From positions 11,904,001 to 11,968,000 of the forward strand of contig OZ076415.1 of the NCBI GenBank assembly GCA_964187785.1: a stretch of 64,000 bases of DNA. The letters run 5' to 3'. Under the pieces are notes generated by a model, which was given only the letters and a program-made list of their open reading frames with translations, did no database searches and was not told the origin of the DNA. This document shows positions 37,600 through 50,478 of the stretch, one piece after another. The DNA comes from Amphiscolops sp. MND2022. Lineage: Eukaryota. Position numbers and translations under genes: made by a program. Position 1 is the stretch's first letter, and each line of letters begins with the position of its first letter.

Positions 37600-38180
37600 C
37601 AGGCTTCCAGACAAAAGGGCCAAAAACATAGACAAAAGAGCCACAGACAAAAAGGCCAAAAAAGCAGACAAAAGGGCCAAAAACCAAAGTTATATTTTAA
37701 TCGTTTTTTTTAAATGAAAAAATTTTTTTCAGTGTAAAAAAACGGATCTGGAACTTGATTTATTTGAAGACGTTAGCACATTTGTTGTATGGCTCGGTCG
37801 CTTCGCTCCCTTCGCCAAGTAGCAACATTGAGGCATGGCCACATGCACGTCGCTCCGCTTCGCTTCGGTCCTGCATTTAGGGCACTAGGGGTATGTGAAC
37901 AGCTGACTACGTTATAATAATTGAGCTTTTAATTAAAATTATTTTGGCCCTTTTGTCTGCTTTTTTGGCCTTTTTGTCTGTGTTTTTGGCCCTTTCGCCT
38001 GTAAGCCCTTTTGTCTGGAAGCCTTTTTGTCTGGACACGGTTTAAACTGAAAAACTGATAATTACTCAATCGAAGTGAGAAATTTGAAGTTGGTGGTAGA
38101 AAAGATTCAGCAAATGTCCTATAGCCTTCGATTGGAACGCCTTTGACTGAGTATTTTGGGGCACTTTTGTCTGGTACCCT
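37600..38180. mobile_element. Foldback/MULE-like element with gacaaaag(g)gcc subrepeats and a nested repeat
   Basis: Direct subrepeats at 37605-37685 and their inverse at 37940-38040 and 38155-38180; the centre (37820-37925) is the reverse complement of about 29920-30015; no TSD found. Confidence 0.55.
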
Positions 38181-38435
38181 ATTGAACACCAGACTGCTTG
38201 ATTGAGAACTTAATCATTCCCATGTTTATTGCACTAACGTGAACGCTTGTCAAAAGACAGCCCTTTTTGGAAAATATAAATACACAAACTCCAATGAAAA
38301 CGATGAAACAAGAAGCAAGATTTAGTAGAACTACTTCTGCAGTACTCCAGGAAACCTTCAGCTTTCCCATCTCAAATTGAAGCACTTATCAGAAGTACAT
38401 CAGCAGAGCAGGATGTCGTGTGCTTGGTTAGTTAC

Positions 38436-38593
38436 CTTGATTGTCTTGTAAGGTGAGGTCGGTGGGGAAGCCATTGCGGTTCCTCCAGTTCAAGAGCAGC
38501 TCCACACAGTCCGCCCTTCGCTTGGCTTCACCCTGGTAGACCTTCATGGCCTCGCATCTCTTCTTGTCCTCGTTGTTCACGGCTGCCAACGAC
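38436..38593 (-). CDS. ANKIB1: ANKIB1-like exon 2 (absent from the ORF track)
   Basis: gtcag|G...G|gtaact; (R)SLAAVNNEDKKRCEAMKVYQGEAKRRADCVELLLNWRNRNGFPTDLTLQDNQ(G), resembling the ANKIB1 RRADC motif; phase 2-1. Confidence 0.9.
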
Positions 38594-38619
38594 CTGACGA
38601 CACAAACATCACCCCTGAT

Positions 38620-38908
38620 CAGTCATGTCCCTTTATATTTTCCTTCAAGAATCTTATAAAGGATCCTTTAAAAAATCCTTGCTTTAAACATCGATCCTTT
38701 AAATGGGATTCCAAATTTCAGCCAGTCAGATTGCAACATAAATATCCTGCTGTTTGAAAATTAGATGTGTATTACATTGTCTGTATGACGTTCCCCTTAA
38801 AGTATTTGTTGAAATGTGTTTTTTCGAATCCTTTAAAGGATCCTTTAAATTTTAAGGCCGATCCTTTAATATAAAAAATTCTTTAAAAAATAAAAAGGGA
38901 CATCACTG
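38620..38908. mobile_element. hAT-like MITE (289 bp)
   Basis: TIR cagt(c/g)atgtcccttt; flanks cccctgat and ctcctgat (7/8 TSD); internal gatcctttaa repeats. Confidence 0.8.
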
Positions 38909-40699
38909 CTCCTGATGAATTGCAAAAAAAACACTGAATTTCCTCATATTATGATAGAAACAAAATACTTTACATAAACGAGGGCAGTGTAGAAATTTTA
39001 ATTTAACGTAATATAAAGACAATTACAGTCCTGTGATAAAAGAATGGAACCCCTAATTGATAAAGATGTTATGTTTGGAACACCTAATTTGTCTGCCCGT
39101 ATCTCTGAAACTATAGATATTCAAGAGAAAGGCCTTCGATGAAAGTTTCTCGGAATGCAATCTAGTTTATATTGGTGTTTGTTTGAAACTTCAATGACAA
39201 TTATTATTTCACAAATATGAGAAAATTATTTCTCAATACCTCTCTATGTACAGTAGCGTTCTAAAAGATCGTAACTCCATTTCTTAAAATTGCAAATTTC
39301 AAACCCACACATCTTGAAAACTGTCACAATTACAAAAAATTGTCAGTTAGGAAAATTTCTTAGAATTTTCTCTAGTTTACAAAATTGTTTCAAAATTTCT
39401 ACAAAAATTAAAAACGTTAAAAATTCTACTTTCCACTTCTTGATTTCACAAAATTGAAAAAATAATTTTGAAACACTTTCAGTCAATCATTTGCCCCCAA
39501 ATCTCCTGAGGATGCTGATATGATTTGATCGAGAAACTTTTTCGATTTCGAATAAAAATCAATTTTCTGAATACAATTCTTATAGCCTATCTTAATACTA
39601 CATGTACTTCAGTGCTCATAGACATAAAATATAATGCATTTTTTCTGAGTCGGAAAAAAATTCTTGATCAAAACAATTCAGTAGGTTCGCGAGATTACAG
39701 GGAGTCTCCGAATGAAAAAATAAACTCAAATTTCAATCAAAATTTTCTTAAAACTTGCATTTTCTACTTTTTTCAGTAAGGGTCGTAGAATTTTCAAACA
39801 AACATTTTTATAAGCTAAACAAAATTCAAAGAAACTTGCCTAGCTGGCGAAGTTTTGTATTCGTGACAGTTTACTAGATATTTCGTTTTAAATTTTGCCA
39901 TTTTAAGGCATGAGGTTGCGATATTTTAGAACGCTACTGTAATATTTGGTTTGCAAGCCAAATTTTTAATTTTTGGCAAATTTACAATTTCAATTAGTTT
40001 TTAATTATCAACCCGTTCATTGCTGTCCACTGATTGCACTGTCGAACTTTAGAGCACTCAGTATTTACACGTCCGAAGAAAATGGATAATATGCACTGAA
40101 TTAATTACGGTACATGTATCAAGATTGGACATAAATTTGTGGTTTTCTTTTTACATGTACACTCTAGGGTACTGAAAATTTTTGAGTGTAATTAGTGAAT
40201 GATGGCAACCTTGAACAATTTGAAAAAGTAAATGAAGATCAGCTTCCGCTCCTAATTTACACTCTGCAACTGAATTACCGAAGTTCTTTATGTAAAAATT
40301 TTTATTTGCAAACTTGTCTCGTATTAGTTTTAAGGCTTCCAAAATTAGACGTTAGACGAAAGTAAACTAGACAAAAATCCAAGAAACAAAAAAAATGGTT
40401 TTATTCCGCCACAACAATTCTGTGATAGTAGCAAAGATTTTGGACTTCTGAAAGAAAGCGGAAAGCACTTGCCCACTAGTTGGATCTCACACAACAATTA
40501 ATACATTTGTCAAATTATCACAATAGGCATATTGAAGTTATTATATAAGTTCCAAAAATACTGATGCAATTTCACAAGCAATTTTTGTGAGAATTCCAAA
40601 AATACACCTTCAGCATTACTACGCGGATCAAATCTCGATTTAACGAGGAAACTGTGTTTGGTGCGAAACTAGTATTTAAAAAAATCATTGATCTTTTTG

Positions 40700-42850
40700 T
40701 TTTCAAACTAATCAAATAGAAAAGGAAAGTTCACTTCAGAAATCACAAGCTGTATTCATTACGCGCTGACAAAAGTGCTTCGTGATTTCCAATCACAGAC
40801 GTTTGACCGCTATTCAAAGCGTCAATTTGATAGCGTCTGTAGCATGAAAACCGCACGTCGCTATTTCGCTAGTATTTCTATCACTATACATACTCAACTG
40901 ACTAATCTAAAAAGATTAGCCTTGAAACAATATAGATCTATCATAAATAAAAAACAGACGGAATATCATACGCAAGTGAATGACGAGTTGCGGAGCATGT
41001 GTCAGTCCAATACACAGGCTTTTTGGTCGAAACTGAAAAACGTGGAGTCTGTGGAAAAAACGTTGAGCATTGATCTCGAAACTCTGACGCAACATTTCAT
41101 TAGTCTGAATCAGGCCCCTGATATTAAGGATATTAATGATTGTCCCAATGAACGTGTAGTAGTTAAAAATGATCAAATGAAAACTGACGATTATTTATGT
41201 ATTCTGAATAGTCCTTCTGATCTAAAGGAAGTGCAGTGTTGCGTTAAAAATTGAAAAATGGCACATCAGCTGGTCAAGATAACCTTTTTCCGGAATTGTT
41301 TAAATATGCACCCACTGATTTTTATGTGATACTTACTACTGTTTTCAATGATATACTAGAAAAAGGTCAGATCCCGGATGACTGGAGTTTATAATTTGCC
41401 CCATTTACAAGAAAGGTCAAATGAGTGATCCTAACAACTACCGTGGAATTTCACTCATTGATTGTTTAGCAAAAATCTTCACAAGATTACTTTCTGACAG
41501 AATACAGCAATTCCTCGACTCAAAACTAATCATCGGCGAGGAGCAAGCTGGTTTCAGACCGAAACATTCATGCATGGACCACGTGTTCGCTCTTGTCAAT
41601 ATTAATTGGTACGTTACAAAAAGTAAAAAATTGTTTGTCACTTTTGCTGATTATGATAAGGCGTTCGACCGAGTCAATCGTATGTACCTATGGCAAAAAT
41701 TACTCGCGAGTGGCGTGAAAGGGAAAATTTTGAAAGTAGTCGAAAATCTGTATCAGAAAACCAAGGCCTGTGTCCGAGTGAATGGTACCACATCGCAATA
41801 TTTCGATTGCATGATGGGAGTAAGAAAAGGCGACACACTTTCGCCATTAATTTTAACCATTTTTCTAAATGACTTCAAAGACTTCATTAGCAACTATACT
41901 CGGGGACTCAGCAAAATTGCATCTTCAGAAAAGTTATGTGAGCGTGAGAGCGAGCTTTTCAAATCTCTGTTCGTTCTGCTATACGCTGATGACACAGTTC
42001 TACTGAGTGAAACCGAAAATGACATGCAGTTAATGAATAATGCAACAGCTGACTACTGTAAAAAGTTCGACATCATTATCAATGTAGGTGAAACTAAAGA
42101 TATGATTTTCTCGAAAGGCAAAATCAGGAAATAGTCAACACTATATATAAACAAAACGAAACTGGAAAGGGTAGATAGTTTTTGCTACCTTGGCATAATT
42201 TTCAAGTACAACAAAACCTTCCAATTATCAATACAACACAACAATGACAAAGTTAGAAAAGCCTTATTCAATGTTGATGGAACTATATCAAAATATCAAA
42301 TGCCGATTGCTCTACAGTTGTATCTGTTTGACTGCCTCATAAAACCGATCCTGCTTTACGCGTGAGATTTGGGGAAAGGGGAATTTTGAAGCGATAAGAT
42401 TTTTATCGCAATTTTTAACGGCGCAGATTGAAACTAGGGAGACACGTCCTAAAACCAATGGTGTACGGTGAATTCGGAAAAAGCGAATTGAAGTATACAA
42501 TATGGCAGAGAATGATAAGTTTTGGAAAGAACTAACAGAACCGAAGAACAAACTGTCAAACTTAATCCTGAGTAAAAAGTTAATTGATCAGCAGGTCAAA
42601 TGGAACTCTAAAATTAAGAGCATTCTTTTATCTTTACGTGTACCTTATGTTCTCGAACATGTAGAACTGATATGTAGAAACCAATTAAAAGATTTTACTA
42701 AAAAGCCACTGAAAAAATTGCCGGGCAACTGTGGTACTGCAGCATCAATTGTAATTCGATTACTGACATATATCGCACATACAAACATAAGCTACAGATA
42801 GAGTGTTATATATCTACACTTAAAAAAGGGATGCGATCTCTTTGAGTAAC
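40700..42850 (+). mobile_element. 5'-truncated non-LTR retrotransposon (LINE, probably CR1/L2 group), ORF2 pseudogene, in ANKIB1 intron 1 (antisense)
   Basis: NYRGISL, QAGFR, DYDKAFD, GV.KGDTLSP and LLYADD RT motifs; several stops and frameshifts; no endonuclease domain seen; ends approximate. Confidence 0.88.
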
Positions 42851-43817
42851 TTCCGTTGTGCAAGTTCGACGTTACGTGTCGTTAGAGATAAATTTTGACA
42901 GCTTAGCTTAGAAAAATGCCTTCTGCAGCCTACAAACGAAAAGCGACGAATATCATCTCGTATTCGCAATCATTTTAAGGCTGATCGCCAGGCATTAATC
43001 GATGCATATTATTACATTAAACCAATTTTTTAAGCATGACCAGCTGATGGATTGTAAATCGGGGAAAAATCAGCAAAATTTAGCCAAATTCTGCCAAAAA
43101 ATTCTTGAAACTTGTCAAAATATTTAAATGAATGATTTGTTTGATTTATGTTACAGTTTATACGCCTTGATGTCAAGGCAAAAACTGATAATATACTTCT
43201 TCTTCTTCTGCGCAATTTAATTCTCAAGTTTTTTTGCAACGAAAAAAACTAGATGGTAAACAAACCATTTGAAGTTTTGTAATTTACTGAAAATCGATTG
43301 TGCAATTGATTCTGATCATTTGCAATAATAGCTGCAACCGGAAAAGTGTTATTGATCAATTTGGATTCAAATTTGTGCAAAATTAACCTTCAAAAAATTT
43401 GCAGCGTCATACAAGCGCTCGCGCGTGATTCGTTGGCCACTATGTCCCTATTGGAGGCAAAAAATGGAGCAAAATGAGGGTTTTCCCTCTCACTCGCTGT
43501 TAACCTGATTCGAGGTAATCAGTTTTCTAAGCCTTCAATCCTAACAAAACCTAACAGGATGACCCCAAAAATTACACCTTTAAGGTTTTGGATGGACCAA
43601 CAAATTGTACCCTAAACCTAAAATCGGTTTCTCAGATCGCTTTGAATAAAGCCCATTGTGCTGAACATTCGTTCCAGAGCAGGCGATGAAGATGAAAGCT
43701 TCAAACGAATGTTCATTGATAATCTGTGAAATACAATTTTCGTTGTTTGTTTCAAATGTTTAAAATCGAAACCCTGTTAGAAGGTATTAGAAGTATCAGT
43801 ATACTAGTAAGACTGAC

Positions 43818-44155
43818 CTGTAATAAGTAAGTACACTGAAAGGTTCACCCCCGTTGGCACTGCTACAGGATCCACTTTGGGGCTTGCATATCAGATGCAG
43901 ACAAGTTTTGTTCTCAGCATTCAGCACTTCTGGGTTGCCGGGAAAGTTGCCAACATACAAGAACTTCTCCAGCAGTTCTCGCATGGCGTGTTTGGCAGCA
44001 TAATGCATGGGAGTATTGCCATGTGAACATTTGCCATAAAACACGTTAGGGTTGAAGTTTTTCAGCTCCTTGTTCGAACGAACGTACAGTGCGAGCGCTT
44101 CAACTTCGTTGCCTTTTTGCACGTCGCGGTAAAATTTGGCGGTGGCACGTCCCAT
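43818..44155 (-). CDS. ANKIB1: ANKIB1-like first coding exon (N-terminal ankyrin repeats)
   Basis: MGRATAKFYRDV...GNTPMHYAAKHAM...NAENKTCLHLIC matches the ANKIB1 N-terminus; donor AG|gtcagt; acceptor tttcag at 44173 implies an upstream non-coding exon. The 11 exons total 4743 nt. Confidence 0.93.
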
Positions 44156-46994
44156 TTTGCGCAAATTTCAGCCTGAAATGAGTCAGCGTTCAAGAAAAAG
44201 GCCAATTTGAAGAACAGTAAATTGACAGGACAGTGCATGAATACAATCAAGAGGTCATTAGATGGTGATTAAATTCAGGTCTACTGTAATAGTCGAAAGA
44301 TTCAAATATCTTTTTTCAAACAAACAAAAAATGTTTGCGTAATCATTAATACGTAATACTTTGTCACAATCAAGCAACATCGAATCACATTTCTCAACAG
44401 TAATTTTTAAAAAGCTTTGTAATGCTTCAAAAATGTTCATATAAACCAGGCTGCAGAACGTGAAAATGAATAAATTAAATATAAAATTGTAACAGTTTTC
44501 CACGAAGCTCAAATCGATTTCTGGTATTTTTGGACAAGATATGTATGGGAGAGAAAGATTGGAAAAAATGAACAGCAAAATGAGAGACACGCTTAGAATA
44601 TGTTACTTTATCAACTAACGTTGCACGAATCTTAATCCTTCGACGGCTGGGGGTAGAAAACTAACAGACAGGGGATTGGAGATAAGAGCATTGGATCATT
44701 CAGTGCAGTTCACAAGAGCAGCAATGGTAGAAGTAATTAGTTGGGAAATGAATCAGAAATCCATAAAGCGTATCATAAAAAGGAGGCGCGTGCAACTGGG
44801 GGATGTTAATAACCTTAAAGAGAAATTATTTATTTGCCAACCAATGGTTGTTATACCAACTTCACGCGTTGCTGCTGCAAGGATGGCCTGAACGGGAAGA
44901 GCAAGTAAAGCGTGAACAAATAAAAACTATAAAAAGTGACTAAGAACTCTTTATTCCTCCTCTATTCCTTTCCCAAAGGGGGTTGCTTTGCTTTAGTTTG
45001 GATTTTGTGCATGTTAATGATGAAAAAAAAACACAACAACAACAACAACTAGAACGTCTCTGAAAAGCGATATCGAGGTATTGACAGGTTAAGCAGATAA
45101 TAATCTGGTCTTAAGTGGTAAGCAAAGAAGGATCAGAAACGGAAATAGCTGAATGCTATGTTGTTTTACAGTATTCAGTGGTATACTACGGTAAGCAATC
45201 ATCAATCAAGACGAAAAAGCTCCCTAATAATTGAGGTCACGGAAAATTGGACGGGTAAAATTAGAAAAATTCACGGGTCTTCTTGGTTCCGTATTTTACT
45301 ATTACTTAATTCTGCTTCATTGTTAATTCCCCACGTTGGCGCTATTAGAGGTGATAAAAAGATCTATAAATTCTGAGCAGCACAGGGAGAAAGAAAAGTA
45401 GTCCCCCAAGACAGAAATAAGATGGAAGTGAAGCGAAGTGTTAATGTCTATTTCTGGACGCGTGAAAAGAAATAATTCAACTGTGCCGTATAAGAGGCGG
45501 GGAGACCAGAGGTTATGAGGATATAAGGGGGACCGGACGCCAATTCATTGACACCCCTGACAAGTTAATTGAGCCAGATTGCGACACAGTTGCCACTGAT
45601 TGCGCAGTTGCCAGAATAAAAAGAATAATCGCGGGCTGGTCAGATAAAGTGCAAACTCTGACCATTAACCTTTGGTAACCCCCACATGTGCTGTGGAAAA
45701 GTATGCGCAATAGAATGAAATTGAGGAAGTGAACAAACAAAAGCAAGGAATTATTTCCTCCGTCTTGCTGAGTCACCGAATTACGGAAATGAATCCGCGG
45801 GTGATAGCCAGGAAAATAAATGCTGTTTCATTACACAATGTTTCCAACTACTTCTTCAAATATTGTATGCGGTAATAAATAAATTTCAATCGTTACGAAC
45901 AGGCAATTTATTAGGTTTTATCAAACTGCAAGAATAAATGGGAAAACTTTTTCTCATTCGATATTTTTCACTTAACAGCCGCAGCACCAATAGCGTAGAG
46001 TTTCCGCTTTGCCAGTGATGAAAAAAGCGTTGCTTTTTCAAACTTGTAGTAACAGAATTCAACGCAGAAAGAGGAAGAGGTAAGTACATGGATAAGTATT
46101 AGTTCCTTTGCGAGCGCAAGACGAGGAAATCGAAAAGTAGCAGCATTAATGATGACTGTACAGCTAGCTATTCTTTCACATTACAATACCTGAAATGGAG
46201 AAACATCAGCAACAGGAAACAAAACAACCTTCTAAACGAACAAAAAAGACCAGGGGTTTACCTATTTCGGATGATAATGGATTATTATTCCAAGAACGGG
46301 TAAGAAAAAACAGGTTTACTCAAATTTTCCGAGCACACAATTTCAATAAGATATTGATTATTTTCAAACTGAAATAAACACCGTCGCCAGTTGGTTTCGA
46401 CTTCAGGGCAATGTATATTCTATTTAATTGTGTTATGTTTTTCAGACAAAGTAACATTTACTGATATGATGCTTAGATGAATTAAACAAAATAAAGGAAA
46501 AGAAAAACACTAAACGAGCTGCTTTCCTTCATTTATTGTTCCCGAAACAAGATAAATACCTTTGTCGCCATTGAGATGGTTCTTCTCATCAGAGAAACGT
46601 CTTTCAATCCATGCTGGAATAAATACTAGGTCTTTTTGTCGCCAGCACCGTGAATAAATCCGGAAAATCCAGAAAAGATGAAAGCATGATTTGGGCACAA
46701 GTTTAGGGTTAAAACAACATTAGACATTTTCAGTTTTCAAGGTTTGGCTGAAAATTCGATATCAAAATTGTGTGATCTTGGCTATCATGTTAAGACATAG
46801 CCTTGAGAAATCTTATAAAACGAGAATTGGACCATGTCATCTATTCCCCCCCAGGTACACCTTGTTGAGAATCCCCCCCCCCCAACACGAAAGCACATTT
46901 TGTTCTTGAATAAAAATATTTCACTAATAAGAGAAAATTATATAAATGTATATACTTAGAGGATTGTCTCTACAACTGTTTGGACATTTCAGGT

Positions 46995-47530
46995 AAAAAC
47001 AAGTCGGGAACGGCCCAAGTAGGCGCCATATCTAAGGCTCAAAAATAGCAAAAGGACTGCAATGTGTCAAGTGTTCTCTTCTACAGTACCGCGTGAGGAA
47101 AAAATTGGAAAAAAATCCGAATGATTTTTGATTTTTTTTCGAAATTTTTTTGGTCTCCGGTAAGTCGCAAAGTGCCAAAAAATGTAAAAGAGGGCCCTTT
47201 GGGAGTTTTTGAACATCCATTTTTTTTGCAAAATATCAAAAAATTGAAGGGGGACCCTTTGTAGACATTAAAAAATTTGCGAAAAAAAAGTCTCACAAAG
47301 CCGAAAAAACCTGCACAAAAAATTTTTTGGTCAAGGGCGGGACTCGAACCCACGTCCTTCTGCTTGGCAGACCTCAAAAAAGCCGTAACCTCTATGCCAA
47401 GTACCAGTAGTTACAAGTGTGGCCGTTAGTGGACGCAGCTTATAAAGCTTATGAAAACTGTCACTTCGTTGGTCTTAAAAAAAGTCACTGCTATAGTCTG
47501 CGTTTTCTACGAAAAGCGCCGACTAAAAAA
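46995..47530 (-). mobile_element. Family A Helentron-like element carrying a tRNA-like insert
   Basis: Both family A termini are present; the insert is at 47329-47405. Confidence 0.75.
47329..47405 (-). pseudogene. tRNA-derived cassette
   Basis: GGTACTTGGCATAGAGGTT...TCTGCCAAGCAGAAGGACGTGGGTTCGAGTCCCGCCCTTGACC; A-box-like and B-box motifs; contains an internal T6 run. Confidence 0.55.
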
Positions 47531-47773
47531 CTAACATAATTTTTTGATATTATTGTCCAAAATAGCAGAAATTCACGTTTAAAACAAGCTAAAAATGTAT
47601 AAAAAGCCCCTATTTCAGCGCATAATTTATCCGCTATAAAATCTAATGAGCAACTTTTAACTGACAGTCAATGTAATGGATAGGATTATGTCGACATCAA
47701 TTAATTTATTGGACCAAAATTTCAACGCAAACGATGTCGACATAATGGTATTTGAACCTTCTGTCTTATTCCC

Positions 47774-48219
47774 GGTGTCAGGACATTTCATCCTTATCAC
47801 TTTCAACATATGCACTTTCAACCGTTGCCATTTCAACCGCTCACAATTTCAACCTATTGCATTTTCAACCGTTCGCAATTTCGACCTAAACTAATTTCAG
47901 GTAATGGATCCTAATTAGTTACATAATTATTTTGGTTTTAACTTTCATACATTTCTAAATTCAAATGTGCTAATTTTTACGCCAGTTTCGATACGTTTTG
48001 GCTTTATGAATAATTACAATTAATTAAGGCTGTTTGATTCATTAGTAATTATTACACTGAAAGAATAGCTCAACTGAATTAAGACTAAATAGCCAAAATT
48101 AGTTTAGGTCGAAACGGCGGACGGTTGAAAATGCAATAGGTTGATATTGTGAGCGGTTGAAATGGCAACGGTTGAAAGTGATTAGGTTGAAATTGCATAG
48201 GACGAAATGTCATGTAACC
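47774..48219. mobile_element. MULE (Mutator-like) non-autonomous element
   Basis: About 125-bp TIRs built of 15-bp tttcaacc subrepeats; GG...CC termini; perfect 9-bp TSD CTTATTCCC (47765-73, 48220-28). Confidence 0.88.
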
Positions 48220-50478
48220 CTTATTCCCCCCACCGCAGTTTAGGGGGTGGGGGTAGATGACATGGTCCTGAGAATTTAAAGAAGAAATTTACCAATGGCA
48301 ATATGGGTTAACATGTTCATTGGAACCATAGCCATGGTAAGATGGTAAAATGAACGGTCGCTGACAGGAAGTTGCATATACCGCACTTGGTGGTAGGGTG
48401 TATAGCCGAAAATCGTAAGTAGCAGTAGTGAGTACAATCGAAAATAGATGTAATCGCAGGCGACCATGCAATTGGCCGACTGTGTAGCTAGCCGACCCAA
48501 TCGAAAATGATTGGATATCAGTAAAAATATTCTTCATTTTGTTATGCAACTATAACTCGCATCAAATGAAAATTCCATTGTGTATCAACCATTTATTCGA
48601 GACACTTTTACTATTTCTCATTTAAAAGGATACAAAAATGAATTGATTCTGACTGAAGACCAGCTTCATTTCCTGATCTGTAAGAAATCCTAATTTTATT
48701 CTTTTTCTGAATTATAAACTCCATTTTAGGTCTATTCCGTTGTTCTGATGTATTCACTCAGCCAATTGCACAGTTGGTCAATAGCGGCCTCGGTCAATTG
48801 ACCTAGCACCGTAATCGGAATGCAGAAACGTGGCTTTGGTAGCCCATTCAAATTTACGTACGAACAACTACCACTTCACTAAATAACACTTCTTTCAATG
48901 CCTGCGAATCAGCGATGACCAATTTAATGGATCCATTTAATGCCCACTGAATGCATCCGTTAATTTCTCGATAAATTAATCGAAAGCCATTAAACGAATC
49001 CATTGTGTTTTCACTTGAATGAATATGATGTCTTACAATGATCAAGTTTTTAGTAGATTGTCGTTTTGAAAGAACTTTCAATGGTTTCCCTAATTAACAA
49101 CCCCCTTTTTTGTGAGCATAGAACATGCTTAAAAAGATCTTTGACACGTTTTTTAGTGTTTGTCAGAGCTTTTTCATTTCGAAAATGAGTCCTCGGTTTT
49201 TGGAAACGGTTTCAGGAAAATTTCATTGAAAACGGATCCGATTGGTCATCGCTGTTGCAATTTTACGCATGATGATTGCAGAACCTATCTGAAAACTGGG
49301 AGTCGTCTTCAGAAGAGAGAAAAACTACGAAAGAAATAAATTACATAATATTTGCGAAAATAAGCCGTCCAAACTTTTTTCTCTAAGACATTAGGCACCT
49401 TTGAGTGAGACAACAATTATAACAGATGGGTAATGTAATTTGGCAAACAGTAGATATTTGACTGGTCTGAGCCATAGATTAATGACGTCATCAAAGGTTA
49501 ACGTTCTCCAGGGTTTTCTTCAACTCTGCGTCTCTTCCTCAAATCATGCAACGTTTCCTCTATGGATCGGGTATCTTTCTTCTGTTCACTGGATACTGAA
49601 AAAAGTTACCACTTGATGATGAAATCCCGCCAGAATTGAAGGAAGTCACAAGTATAATGGAACCATGGTTCTGATATCGCCAATTTTAACCGCTGATTTC
49701 GCGATTGCTAAACCGCTCATCAGGTAAAAACATTTTTGGCTGGTTTGCAAGTACAGAATAGAAATACTTTTTCTCAAAAAACAGGACAAGGCTGACCACT
49801 AAAAGCAGATAGAACCAGAAAACCCTAACCCTAACCCATTTTTCAGCGGCCTCAGAACTGGTGACAAAATCAAATAGTTTCTGTTGATTTGCGCAATTTC
49901 TTTGCGTAGGCCACCACAGATTTCTCGGAACAATGTGTTTGGGACGACTGTTCTGTGCACTCTTCAAAAATCGCTAATGAAATAGTTATCACTAAATCAA
50001 TTCGCTACTGAAAACTTCCCGCTTCGCCAATCCGCTAATTAGTGCTGTCATAATACCACATACTGAATGGAACACATATATCTTCTTTTCAGTTCACTCA
50101 AGGCAAATTTTTCATTCAAGGCGGATTACTTTCGCATTCCATTATCTTTTCCATGTCAATTTTCAAATTCAATTTCCCACTAATCCGACTGGGAGAGACT
50201 TCATCAAAGAACAGGATTAAACAATTTAAAACTAATTTATTTCAACAATGACGTTGAGCTTGCATACTAACTTCCATGACAGGTATTGGCCAAGTAACGA
50301 AAATGTTTATAAACGTTACTTGCAAAACGATGGATCAAATTTTTAGTTGGCGCCTTTTCTTTCCTTTAAGGAAAAAAGCCCGACTATTACAGTGGCTAGT
50401 TTTTTAAGGCGACGAGCGAAGCGAGGGGCCTTATTGTTTGCGTTTAGTTTTTTTCCGCCAAAACGTGACATCCCTCTG

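Noticed and set aside
43849-43849. Alternative donor G|gtgaac for ANKIB1 exon 1
   Set aside because: Phase 1 is incompatible with exon 2; AG|gtcagt at 43818 fits.
45770-46086. Bidirectional promoter or first exon of a divergent plus-strand gene (gag|gtaagt at 46079)
   Set aside because: A single donor-like motif with no supportable downstream exon; it cannot be distinguished from chance.
49498-49560. 2A-like ribosomal skipping motif (RRVEENPGER, minus strand)
   Set aside because: It lacks the required Asp and final Pro of D(V/I)ExNPGP and is followed by a stop codon.
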